Of a stretch of 64,000 bases of DNA, positions 1 through 8,966 are shown piece by piece. The stretch covers positions 1 to 64,000 of the IMG/VR virus record IMGVR_UViG_3300021440_000014. One strand, written 5' to 3'. The DNA comes from a virus. Made by a program: the position numbers and the translations under genes. A model generated the notes under the pieces. The model had not been told where the DNA came from. It saw only the letters and a program-made list of their open reading frames with translations, and did no database searches. Position 1 is the first letter of the stretch, and every line of letters starts with the position of its first letter.

Positions 1-867
1 AATATAAGGGACTTTGGTAAAAATTATAGAACAAAGCCAATATATAGAGACTCCAACAATAATACCTCTTTATGCGTCTGCAAAGAGACAGGTAGGTTTA
101 TTGATTTTTCTGCTAATTTATATGGCTCTCTAGAGGATCTTGTAAAACTAAGTTTAAACTTAAAAGATATATCAGAAGCGAAAAAATGGCTTGGCTCTAA
201 AATAGATATAAAATCTTTAGAGAGAAAAGAAGATAAAAACGCTTTAGGTAAATATCCAAGAGTTTTCTCTAAAAATCTATTGAACTCACTAATGCCAGTT
301 CATGACTACTGGATAAAGAGAGGAATCTCAAAAGAGACATTGGAAGTTTTCAAGGGAGGAACGGTTTATTCTGGGCAAATGGCCGGAAGATACGTTTTCC
401 CAATATTTTCCAAAGACAAAATCATAGGCTTTGCTGGAAGAGATATTTTTAATAACAACAGCGACCGGATAAAATGGAAACTTCTTGGAGATAAGGCATA
501 CTGGATGTTTCCTATGGAAAACGTAGAAGAAAATCAGTCTAACGAAGAGTTAATTATTATAGAAAGTCTGGGCGACTGTTTAAGTTTGTGGGAAGCAGGT
601 ATAAAAAATACTCTTGTTCTTTTTGGTATAAAACTTCAAAAAAATAAAATAAAAGAGATTATTAAAAGAAATTATAAAAAAATAATAATAGCATTAAATA
701 ATGATATGGAGCAAGAAGCCAATATAGGTTTTGACGCATCATGTTTTATTAAAATGCAGCTTATGAATTTTTATGATGAAAATCAAATTTTAATAAGAAT
801 GCCAGTAAAAAAAGACTTTGGAGAAATGACAACAGAGGAAATACTAAATTGGAAAAAACAAAATTAA
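1..867 (+). CDS. DNA primase (DnaG-like, TOPRIM), 5'-truncated by the window edge
   Basis: Frame 1 is open from base 1 into the 280..867 ORF. DnaG-like core YWIKRGISKETL...RYVFPI...IIGFAGR, TOPRIM-like IIIESLGD and IIALNND, terminal KDFGEM. Confidence 0.85.
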   Translation, partial: NIRDFGKNYRTKPIYRDSNNNTSLCVCKETGRFIDFSANLYGSLEDLVKLSLNLKDISEAKKWLGSKIDIKSLERKEDKNALGKYPRVFSKNLLNSLMPVHDYWIKRGISKETLEVFKGGTVYSGQMAGRYVFPIFSKDKIIGFAGRDIFNNNSDRIKWKLLGDKAYWMFPMENVEENQSNEELIIIESLGDCLSLWEAGIKNTLVLFGIKLQKNKIKEIIKRNYKKIIIALNNDMEQEANIGFDASCFIKMQLMNFYDENQILIRMPVKKDFGEMTTEEILNWKKQN

Positions 868-1793
868 AATTAAGTGCTTCAAAGATTAAAATGCTTTTAA
901 GCTGTTCTTGGCTATATTATTGTAGGTATGTCCTTAAAATGCCTTCAAAATCAAATGAAGGGGCTTCTAGAGGGCTTTGTATCCATACCGTGCTTGAGTG
1001 CTTTATTAATAAAAGGCACGAAAAGCATTTTAATGCCTACAAAGACGGCTCAGAGACGCCAGCGGTCAAAAGATTAATAGAGAAACTCGCCAAGAAATAC
1101 GAAGTTTTTTCGGAAGAAAACATAGAGATAATAAACAGCATGATCTCTGTGGCGTGTAAATACGATTTTTTTGGCCTTTCTAATGGGGAGCCAAAAGAAA
1201 TAATATCCGAAAAAGAATTCAGCATAGATTTGGGAAATTTCATAATAAATGGTTTTATTGATAAAACTATAGTCTATGAAGACTTTATAAAAGTAATAGA
1301 TTATAAAAGTAGCAAGGCAAAATTTAGCACCGAAGAGCTTGAGTCTAATATTCAAGGAATGTTGTATTCACTGGCAATTTATAAACTATACAAAAAAATA
1401 CCAAATGTTGAATTTTTATTTTTGAAATTTGCTAGGAATCCATTCCAAAAATTTGGAAAATGCACGGAAGAGCAACTGAAAGGTTTTGAGTATTTTCTAG
1501 AAAATTTAGCAGAATATCTTAGTTCGTTCGATACTACTAAGGCTGAAAAAGGGTTCGCAGCAAATGATCCTAAGAAAAGATGGCAATGTGGGAAAGAGGG
1601 TTTTAAACCATGCGGAAAAGCTCATTATATATGTGAATATAGGAATCGTGTTGAATATTTTGCATTGTTAGACGATAATGGAAAAGTAGTAAAGACCTCT
1701 TTTAAAAAAGAAGAGATAAAAGAAAAAGGTAAAATAGTAAAACAATATTATATGGGCTGTCCAGCGCATACAAAAGATGATTTTTTAGACTAA
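849..1793 (+). CDS. PD-(D/E)XK nuclease (RecB/AddB/Cas4-like exonuclease)
   Basis: LSASKIKMLLSC N-terminus, G-x-x-I-H (GLCIH), GFIDK and VIDYKS motifs, C-terminal cysteines. Confidence 0.85.
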   Translation: MEKTKLKLSASKIKMLLSCSWLYYCRYVLKMPSKSNEGASRGLCIHTVLECFINKRHEKHFNAYKDGSETPAVKRLIEKLAKKYEVFSEENIEIINSMISVACKYDFFGLSNGEPKEIISEKEFSIDLGNFIINGFIDKTIVYEDFIKVIDYKSSKAKFSTEELESNIQGMLYSLAIYKLYKKIPNVEFLFLKFARNPFQKFGKCTEEQLKGFEYFLENLAEYLSSFDTTKAEKGFAANDPKKRWQCGKEGFKPCGKAHYICEYRNRVEYFALLDDNGKVVKTSFKKEEIKEKGKIVKQYYMGCPAHTKDDFLD

Positions 1794-2540
1794 ATGAAAA
1801 AAATACCAATATTCAAATCGCACTATAGCATAGGAAGATCAATATTAACTCTTGAGGCTGCGGGGTCAAGTAAAGAAACTGAACCTGACTCTATATTCGA
1901 TTTGTGCGTAAAATATTCAATTAAAGACCTTTATTTAGTTGAAGATGGGCTTTCTGGATATCTAGAGGCACTCAAAAACTCTTCTGAGCTTAAAATAAAT
2001 TTAAGATTTGGCGTAAGATTTTTAGTTTGCGCAGATATTAACAAAAAAGATGAAGAATCTAAATCCACTGAACATAGAGTCATAATAATGGCTAAAAATG
2101 ACAAAGGCGTAGAGCAACTAATTAAACTTTACGAAAAAGCTAGTAAAGTTGGTTTTTATTATAAGCCTCGACTTGATTTCGAAACAATTCATTCTTTATG
2201 GACTGAAGACTTGATAATGTGCCTTCCTTTCTATGATTCTTTCATTCACGAAAATTTCCTAAAAGGCAATCACTGTGTTCCAATGTTTAAAAACATAAAA
2301 CCTTTCCTTTTTGAGGAAGATAATGATTTCATTTTTGATAATTTAATTTCTAAAAGATTACACGAATATGCGGCACAGAACAAATTAGAAGTTATAAAAA
2401 CTCAAACAGTATACTATCATACTAGGAAAGACTTTTTAAGTTATATGACATTTAGATGTATAAATGAAAGATCTACGCTTGAAAAACCTCAATTAGAGTT
2501 TTTCTCTTCTAAAAACTTTTGCTTGGAAAATGCATTATGA
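1794..2540 (+). CDS. Stand-alone PHP domain of DNA polymerase III alpha (degenerate metal ligands)
   Basis: FKSHYSIGRSIL resembles the DnaE N-terminal HxHSxYS. HRVIIMAKNDKGVEQLIKL and GFYYKPRLD are typical DnaE PHP segments. Confidence 0.8.
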   Translation: MKKIPIFKSHYSIGRSILTLEAAGSSKETEPDSIFDLCVKYSIKDLYLVEDGLSGYLEALKNSSELKINLRFGVRFLVCADINKKDEESKSTEHRVIIMAKNDKGVEQLIKLYEKASKVGFYYKPRLDFETIHSLWTEDLIMCLPFYDSFIHENFLKGNHCVPMFKNIKPFLFEEDNDFIFDNLISKRLHEYAAQNKLEVIKTQTVYYHTRKDFLSYMTFRCINERSTLEKPQLEFFSSKNFCLENAL

Positions 2541-3178
2541 ACTCACACCTTCTAAGATACGATAAAACAAAGAAAATATTTCTTTTTGATTTCGAAACAT
2601 GTAATTTAAACTTATTCTTTGAATTAAATCGACCTTGGCAGGTCGCATGGCTAGTTTTCGATCTTAATAAAGTTCATGATTTGCAAGAAAGAAAGATGAA
2701 ATGGAATGATTTTGAAATAAAAATCAAACCAGAAGTCGCCGCATTAAATCACTTCAATCAGAGAATTTACGATATAGAAGCCGTAGACGAAAAAAAAGTT
2801 TTTGATGAAATGTATCAAAAGATTGAGGAAGTAGATTATTTAATGGCTCATAATGGATTGGGTTTTGATATTTTCTTTTTAAGGGAATGGTATAAAAGAC
2901 ATGGTAAAAACTATAAACTACTGCACCATAAAATGATAGACACGAATTGTCTTGCAAAGGGCAAAAAGATGAATATAATTTACTCTCAAGACAAAGATAT
3001 GACTGAGTATCAGTTTAAATTACTAAGTAAAAAAGTAAAAGGCATTAAGACTAGATTAGGTATTATAGCGAAGGAATACAATATAGAACATGACTACGCT
3101 AATCTTCATGATGCAAAAACCGATATCCTTTTAAATAAAAAAGTCTGGGATAGAATAAAATTAGAAGTGGAAATATAA
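2537..3178 (+). CDS. DEDDh 3'-5' exonuclease (DnaQ/Pol III epsilon-like)
   Basis: Exo I FDFET, Exo II AHNGLGFD, Exo III LHDAKTD. The ATG at 2537 overlaps the upstream TGA (ATGA) and is preferred over the track's 2519 start. Confidence 0.85.
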   Translation: MNSHLLRYDKTKKIFLFDFETCNLNLFFELNRPWQVAWLVFDLNKVHDLQERKMKWNDFEIKIKPEVAALNHFNQRIYDIEAVDEKKVFDEMYQKIEEVDYLMAHNGLGFDIFFLREWYKRHGKNYKLLHHKMIDTNCLAKGKKMNIIYSQDKDMTEYQFKLLSKKVKGIKTRLGIIAKEYNIEHDYANLHDAKTDILLNKKVWDRIKLEVEI

Positions 3179-3597
3179 TGAATAAAAGAGAAAGAAAAAG
3201 TTGGCCGGAAACTGCAATGTTTTTAGCGGAATCAATCGCATCACTTAGGTCGGAAGATCCTTATATTCAAGTTGGAGCTTGCGTTATCCATAAGTCTAAA
3301 AAAATATCACTAGGCTATAACGGCCCGCCACCTTCTATAGAGGTTGACTACTCAGATAGAGACGCTAGAAGGTATTATATGCTTCACGCAGAGGCAAACG
3401 TATTAGACACCTGTGAGCCGGGAGAAATAGATATTATGGCAGTAACTCACTTGCCATGCTCAGACTGTCTAAAAAGGATATCTAAATATAAAATAGAAAA
3501 AGTATTTTATAAAAATGATAATTATGCATCCGTCAATATTGATAAATCAATTGAGATGGCTAAATTTTTAAATATACAATTAATAAAAATTAAATAA
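3178..3597 (+). CDS. dCMP deaminase
   Basis: RSEDPYIQVGAC, GYNG, HAE and PCSDC zinc-deaminase motifs. Confidence 0.9.
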   Translation: MNKRERKSWPETAMFLAESIASLRSEDPYIQVGACVIHKSKKISLGYNGPPPSIEVDYSDRDARRYYMLHAEANVLDTCEPGEIDIMAVTHLPCSDCLKRISKYKIEKVFYKNDNYASVNIDKSIEMAKFLNIQLIKIK

Positions 3598-3598
3598 T

Positions 3599-3835
3599 AT
3601 GGCATCACTAGACTTCATATTTGATTTAACAAAAAAGCTTCAGAAACAAGACATCGACTTTTTGCTTATTACAGTTCAAAAAGGTGGAGCTAAAAGCACA
3701 GATAAAGTTCATGTATTCGATTCAATATCTCAAATGAAAAGTATTAAGGGAGTTATAGAAGGCATAGAAACTTCTAAGGATATACTAACCGAATACATAA
3801 AAGAATTTAAGAAAAACAAAAAAAATGGAAAATAA
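3599..3835 (+). CDS. Hypothetical protein
   Basis: 78-aa ORF tightly packed in the replication operon. Confidence 0.6.
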   Translation: MASLDFIFDLTKKLQKQDIDFLLITVQKGGAKSTDKVHVFDSISQMKSIKGVIEGIETSKDILTEYIKEFKKNKKNGK

Positions 3836-6392
3836 ATTTGAGAAGTCATTCTCTACTCTTACGTATAACATAAACGGCGTTAAATTACCTACATTTAGCG
3901 TAGAAGAGAATATTAATAAAATTCCTAATTCGGAATTTCTTAAGGAAATAGCTTTTAAAGGACTAGATAAAAAAGTTAAATCTTCAGATAAGAAAAAATA
4001 TGAAGATAGACTAAAATATGAGCTTTCCGTCATAGAAGAGTTGAATTTTACAGACTATATTCTTTTAGTTTGGGATGTGATTAATTTCTGCCATAAAAAT
4101 AAGATACCTGTAGGCATGGGAAGAGGTTCTGCGGCGGGAAGTTTGGTGCTATTTTGCATTGATGTTACGAAGATTAACCCTATTACTTATGATCTTTATT
4201 TTGAAAGATTTATTTCAAAAATTCGCGCCAAGAAACAAGTAGTAGATGGGGTAACGTATCTTGACGGATCTTTAATGTGCGATGTCGATCTTGATATTTG
4301 CTATAGGAGAAGACATGAGGTAATGAAGTATATTACTGATAAATTCCCTAATAGAACATGTAAAATCTCTACTTTAAATTCTCTACAAGGTAAGCTACTT
4401 ATAAAGGAATGTGGTAAAATCATAGGAGATTATTCTGAGGAAGACGTAAAGAAGGTTGCTGATTTGATTCCTCAAATTTTCGGTAAGGTCAAGGACATCG
4501 AAGAAGCCTACAAAGAAGAGGAAAAATTCAAGAATTGGGTAGAGTATTCTGATAAAAATAAAAACATTTACAATACTGCCTTAAAGCTAAGAGGGTTGAT
4601 TAAAAACAAAAGCGTTCACGCCTCAGCAATGCTTATTTCAGCGGAGCCTCTCGATGGAAAGATTCCTACAGAAATAAACTCTTCAACAAAAGAAACTGTT
4701 TGTTCTTATAGCATGGATTGGTCTACTTTAACAAGCGTTAAATTGGACTTACTTGGGCTAAAATGTGTGACTGTAGTTCAGGATGTGGTAGAGCAATTAA
4801 ATTTAAAATACGAAGATATAAATCTTAACGATCCAGTCATATACAAAAATCTTCAAAACTTAAAATGTCCTCACGGCATATTTCAAGTAGAGGCTAATGC
4901 AGTCTATTCTGCATGTAAGAAAATTAAGCCGAAAAACCTTGAAGAGTTAAGCGGCGTCATGGCAGTTGCAAGACCGGGAGCCATGCAATTTATTGAATCT
5001 TATTCTAAATTTACTACAGAAGGAGAAGTTAATGGCGTTCATCCATTTTTCGATGATATTCTTAGTAAAACTGGAGGGCTATGTTTATATCAAGAGCAAT
5101 TGATGAAGATGATTAATAAAATAGGATTCTCTCTTGACGAAGCCGAAACTGTTAGAAAAATAGTTGGCAAAAAGAAAATAAAAGAAGCTAAAGAGTGGGA
5201 GGGGAAAATTGAGAAGAAAATCAAAGAAAAGGGTTTAGATCCTAAAATCTCTCAAATTTTATGGAAGATTCTAGAGGATAGCGCAAATTATTCATTCAAT
5301 TTATCTCACTCAATCTCTTATGCTAGTTTAGCGGCACTAACAGCATATTTAAAATTTAAGTATCCTACTGAGTTCTTTTTGGCCTTGCTTAGGATGACTA
5401 AGAACGAACCAGATCCTATTGAGGAAATCTCTAAAATAGTAAGAGAACTCCCTCATTTTGGAATAGAACTAATCAGGCCAGATATTGCTAAATCAGATAT
5501 GGATTTCCAGAAAGAAGGTAAAAATATAAGATTTGGTCTATCTTCCATAAAAGGAGTTGCGGATAAGACGATAGAAAAACTTCTCAAATTTAAAAGTCCA
5601 AAACCTAATAAATTCAGTATATTTAGATCTGCTGATGAAAGCGAATTATCCATTGGTATATTAACTGCTTTGATTCAAGCTGGCGCAGTTCAAGATTTTA
5701 AGCAAACAAGAGCTAAAGTAGTCCTTGAAGCGCAACTATGGAATAAGCTCACGGATCGAGAAAAAAGGGCTGCGGAAAATTATGGGGAAGAAAATGATTG
5801 GGATTTAGTTAAAGTAATAAAAATACTTAACAATAAATATGATGACAAAGGTAAACAAATAATTAAAAATAGCAGATTAGAAACTATAAAAAAGCGTTTT
5901 CATGATTTCTCTGTTATATATGAAAAGAATAAATCTAATCAGGCTTTAGCTAATTGGTATTACGAAAGAAAATTGTTAGGCTTTTCTCCATCTTCAGAAT
6001 TAAGGTTCACATTTAAAAATACTGAGAATTTTAATTCAATTTCTCAGATATGGGAGCAGGAGGAAGAAGACGAGGTAAGAATGATAGGTGTGGTTAAAGA
6101 ATTTAATGTCTCAAAGTCGAAAAAGGGAAATAAGTTTTTTAAAATTTTAGTAAAAGATGAGACTGGAGAGATTACTGTCTTGATTTTTGACTCAGGAAGA
6201 GATAGAATTGCTGAATTGATAGAAGTAAATAACGGTGCGCTTCCAAAGCCTGAAGACATAATAATATTAAATGGTAAAAAGAAGACTGACTGTATATTTG
6301 CGGACTATTATAAAATAGAAACTACTAAAATATATACGAAACTAGGGGATCTTAGAAGAGAAGAGAAAGAAGAAAAACAAACTCAAGAATAA
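3825..6392 (+). CDS. dnaE: DNA polymerase III alpha catalytic subunit lacking the PHP domain
   Basis: YEDRLKYELSVI, GMGRGSAAGSL, LYFERF, catalytic CDVDLD, KLDLLGL, LYQEQLM, YSFNLSHS, IRFGLSSIKG and a C-terminal OB fold. Confidence 0.93.
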   Translation: MENKFEKSFSTLTYNINGVKLPTFSVEENINKIPNSEFLKEIAFKGLDKKVKSSDKKKYEDRLKYELSVIEELNFTDYILLVWDVINFCHKNKIPVGMGRGSAAGSLVLFCIDVTKINPITYDLYFERFISKIRAKKQVVDGVTYLDGSLMCDVDLDICYRRRHEVMKYITDKFPNRTCKISTLNSLQGKLLIKECGKIIGDYSEEDVKKVADLIPQIFGKVKDIEEAYKEEEKFKNWVEYSDKNKNIYNTALKLRGLIKNKSVHASAMLISAEPLDGKIPTEINSSTKETVCSYSMDWSTLTSVKLDLLGLKCVTVVQDVVEQLNLKYEDINLNDPVIYKNLQNLKCPHGIFQVEANAVYSACKKIKPKNLEELSGVMAVARPGAMQFIESYSKFTTEGEVNGVHPFFDDILSKTGGLCLYQEQLMKMINKIGFSLDEAETVRKIVGKKKIKEAKEWEGKIEKKIKEKGLDPKISQILWKILEDSANYSFNLSHSISYASLAALTAYLKFKYPTEFFLALLRMTKNEPDPIEEISKIVRELPHFGIELIRPDIAKSDMDFQKEGKNIRFGLSSIKGVADKTIEKLLKFKSPKPNKFSIFRSADESELSIGILTALIQAGAVQDFKQTRAKVVLEAQLWNKLTDREKRAAENYGEENDWDLVKVIKILNNKYDDKGKQIIKNSRLETIKKRFHDFSVIYEKNKSNQALANWYYERKLLGFSPSSELRFTFKNTENFNSISQIWEQEEEDEVRMIGVVKEFNVSKSKKGNKFFKILVKDETGEITVLIFDSGRDRIAELIEVNNGALPKPEDIIILNGKKKTDCIFADYYKIETTKIYTKLGDLRREEKEEKQTQE

Positions 6393-6393
6393 T

Positions 6394-7035
6394 ATGCCAC
6401 TTAATTTTTTTAAAAATAGAGAAGAAGATACGACTGGAGCAATGATGTCCTTGTCTTTTAATTCAAAAGACAAATGCCTGTTCATAACTGGTAAAAAGCA
6501 AAAAAAAATAGATTTCGAAGAAAAGGCGTTCGAAAATAGTTTGCCAGTTATTTTTAGATTGAATTTAGAAGAGATTGGCGAGTTTATTTCGGCACTCTCA
6601 AATAAAGAAGAGATGAATGTCGAAAGAGTGGCTAATGACGGTATAGACAAAAAATTTCGTCTATATTGGAGCGAAAAAGGTGCCATATTTAAATTTTATT
6701 ACGAAAGCGGAGGAAAAAGACTTATTTTCTTCATAGGATTTAAGAAGAGCGAAATACCAATATTATTAAAATATGCTGATTTTGCTTTAGAACATATATT
6801 TTCCGCTATATATTCATCCGATAAGAAAGCTGCAACGGAAAACTCACCAGAGGTAAAATTTACTCCAGTTAAGAAAAAGACCTCAAAAGAGAAGACTATT
6901 GAGCTAAGAGAGAGCAAACCTGATGATGGGGAGGTATCTTTTGATGCCGAACCACGAAATCCTGAAGCACAGCAAATAGAAGAATGGCCAGAAGAAACTA
7001 CTGGAGAATATTCAGAGCAAGATAAAGACTTTTGA
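6394..7035 (+). CDS. Hypothetical protein, candidate single-stranded DNA-binding protein
   Basis: Follows DnaE. Two beta-rich units plus a long acidic tail ending in DKDF, as in SSB C-terminal tips. Function inferred. Confidence 0.4.
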   Translation: MPLNFFKNREEDTTGAMMSLSFNSKDKCLFITGKKQKKIDFEEKAFENSLPVIFRLNLEEIGEFISALSNKEEMNVERVANDGIDKKFRLYWSEKGAIFKFYYESGGKRLIFFIGFKKSEIPILLKYADFALEHIFSAIYSSDKKAATENSPEVKFTPVKKKTSKEKTIELRESKPDDGEVSFDAEPRNPEAQQIEEWPEETTGEYSEQDKDF

Positions 7036-7060
7036 TATTTCTCTTACTTCTCTTTATTAT
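7032..7060 (+). promoter_or_regulatory. Sigma70-like promoter (TTGATA-N17-TATTAT) for the glycosyltransferase operon, probably leaderless
   Basis: -35 at 7032-7037, -10 at 7055-7060, ATG at 7067 six bases downstream. Confidence 0.5.
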
Positions 7061-7066
7061 ATTTAA

Positions 7067-8965
7067 ATGAGAAGAAAGAAGATTTTTATACAAAGCGATT
7101 TTTCGCTTGCTAAAACAGGTTTTGGAAGAGCAATGAAATCATTGCTCATGTATCTTTATAAAACAGGAAAATATGATATAACTCATTTTTGCTGTGGTAT
7201 AAACTATTCTAACGCCATTCTCACCAAAACCCCTTGGAAGTCTCTAGGCTGCTTGCCTGACTCTCCAGAGGAAATGGACGCTATTAATAGAGATCCTAAT
7301 TTACAGCGAGACGCCGGATATGGCGGATACCTAATAGATAGGGTTATTAGTAAAGAAAAGCCGGACGTATACATAGGCTCTCAAGATATATGGGCATTCC
7401 CTAATTACCATGAGAAATTCTGGTGGAATAAACCAGAAAGCGTGATTTGGACGACTTTAGATTCTCTCCCAATTCTTCCTCCAGCTATCGAAGCCGCACC
7501 TAAAGTAAAGAATTACTGGATTTGGAGCGATTTCGCTTCAAAAGAAATGAACAAATTAGGCTTTAATCACGTTCAATGTGTTCATGGACCAGTAGAAGAC
7601 TCTAAATTTTATAAGTTACCAAGCCACGCCAAGAATGGCTTAAGAAAAAAGCATGGTATTCCAGAAGATTCTTTCATTATAGGATTTGTTTTTAGAAATC
7701 AACTTAGAAAATCTGTCCCCAATCTTCTAGAAGGATTCTCCATTTTTCAGAAAGAAAATCCAGAAAAGAAGGCAAAATTGCTATTACATACCTGCTACTC
7801 TGAAGGATGGAATATTAATAAATTAGCGAAAGAATATGGAGTAAATACAAATGATATTCTAACTACTTACATTTGTAAAGTATGTGGAAATTACTCTGTA
7901 ACTAATTTTACAAGCGACGAAGAGAAATGTCCACATTGCAACGCAGAGAAGTCGTTTAGCACAACAGGGGTAGGGCGTGGAGTAACAGAAACTCAATTAA
8001 ATGAAGTTTATAATTTAATGGATGTTTACGCTCATCCATTCACTTCTGGTGGGCAAGAAATACCTATTATAGAGGCTAAACTAGCAGAACTTATAACGCT
8101 AGTAACTAATTATAGCTGCGGTGAAGAGCTATGTAAAGATGGTTCAGGTTCATTACCGCTAGAATGGGCGGAATATAGAGAGCATGGAACAGAATTCAGA
8201 AAAGCCTCAACATATCCATCTTCAATTGCAAAACAACTATCTAAAGTAGCTAAAATGGATAAAGACAAAAAAGCTCAACTTGGAAAAATGTCAAGAGAGT
8301 GGGCTTTAGAGAATTATTCGATAAATAAAATAGGAAAATTTTTCGAAGAATTTATAGATAATGCTCCATTTTGCGATTTTGATTTCGAGCAAAAGAAGGA
8401 TATTAAAAATCCAGAAGCTAAAATAGAGGACATTCAAGATAATGTTATTTGGGTAAAGAATCTTTACAAAAATATTCTGAACATGAATGTAAACGATAAT
8501 GATAGCGGACTTAATCATTGGATTACTCAATTAAAGAATGGAGCAAACAGAAAAGATATAGAAGATTATTTCAGGAGCGTAGCTGCAAAAGAAAATGAAA
8601 AAATAAAAAGTGTTAAAAACTTTTCAGATTTTATAGACGAGAACGGAAGAAAAAGGATACTCGTTGTTCTTAAAGAGAGCATTGGAGATATCTTTTTAGC
8701 CACGTCTCTTCTAGAAGATATGAAAAAATCATATAGTGAGTATGATTTATATTTCGCCTCAGATCCTCAATACGCCGAAATACTTGAAGGTAATCCTAAC
8801 ATATATAAATGGATACCTTATATTCCTCAAATGGAATCTGAGATAGCAATGACAGGCAACTTATTCAATAAAGGATTTTTCGATGCCTATTGTAATCTAG
8901 GTATTTTTACTCAAAGGCAATTAAACTATCTTACTAATAGTAGAATATCATTAGAATTAAAATAA
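7067..8965 (+). CDS. GT4-family (GT-B) glycosyltransferase with a Zn-ribbon insert, a DUF4214-like helical domain and a C-terminal GT9-like N-domain
   Basis: KTGFGR N-terminus, FIIGFVFRNQLRK, LNEVYNLMDVYAHPFTSGGQEIPIIEAK (GT4 E-x7-E region), CKVC...CPHC, and RILVVLKESIGDIFLATSLL (GT9-like). Confidence 0.8.
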   Translation: MRRKKIFIQSDFSLAKTGFGRAMKSLLMYLYKTGKYDITHFCCGINYSNAILTKTPWKSLGCLPDSPEEMDAINRDPNLQRDAGYGGYLIDRVISKEKPDVYIGSQDIWAFPNYHEKFWWNKPESVIWTTLDSLPILPPAIEAAPKVKNYWIWSDFASKEMNKLGFNHVQCVHGPVEDSKFYKLPSHAKNGLRKKHGIPEDSFIIGFVFRNQLRKSVPNLLEGFSIFQKENPEKKAKLLLHTCYSEGWNINKLAKEYGVNTNDILTTYICKVCGNYSVTNFTSDEEKCPHCNAEKSFSTTGVGRGVTETQLNEVYNLMDVYAHPFTSGGQEIPIIEAKLAELITLVTNYSCGEELCKDGSGSLPLEWAEYREHGTEFRKASTYPSSIAKQLSKVAKMDKDKKAQLGKMSREWALENYSINKIGKFFEEFIDNAPFCDFDFEQKKDIKNPEAKIEDIQDNVIWVKNLYKNILNMNVNDNDSGLNHWITQLKNGANRKDIEDYFRSVAAKENEKIKSVKNFSDFIDENGRKRILVVLKESIGDIFLATSLLEDMKKSYSEYDLYFASDPQYAEILEGNPNIYKWIPYIPQMESEIAMTGNLFNKGFFDAYCNLGIFTQRQLNYLTNSRISLELK

Positions 8966-8966
8966 T

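Noticed and set aside
849-1793. Cas4 or CRISPR-associated locus
   Set aside because: No repeat-spacer array or other cas genes in the window. Cas4-like PD-(D/E)XK nucleases are common in phage replication modules.
1794-6392. Split-intein DnaE as in cyanobacteria
   Set aside because: No intein N-terminal block or His-Asn/Cys junction in either ORF, and the split falls at the PHP boundary.
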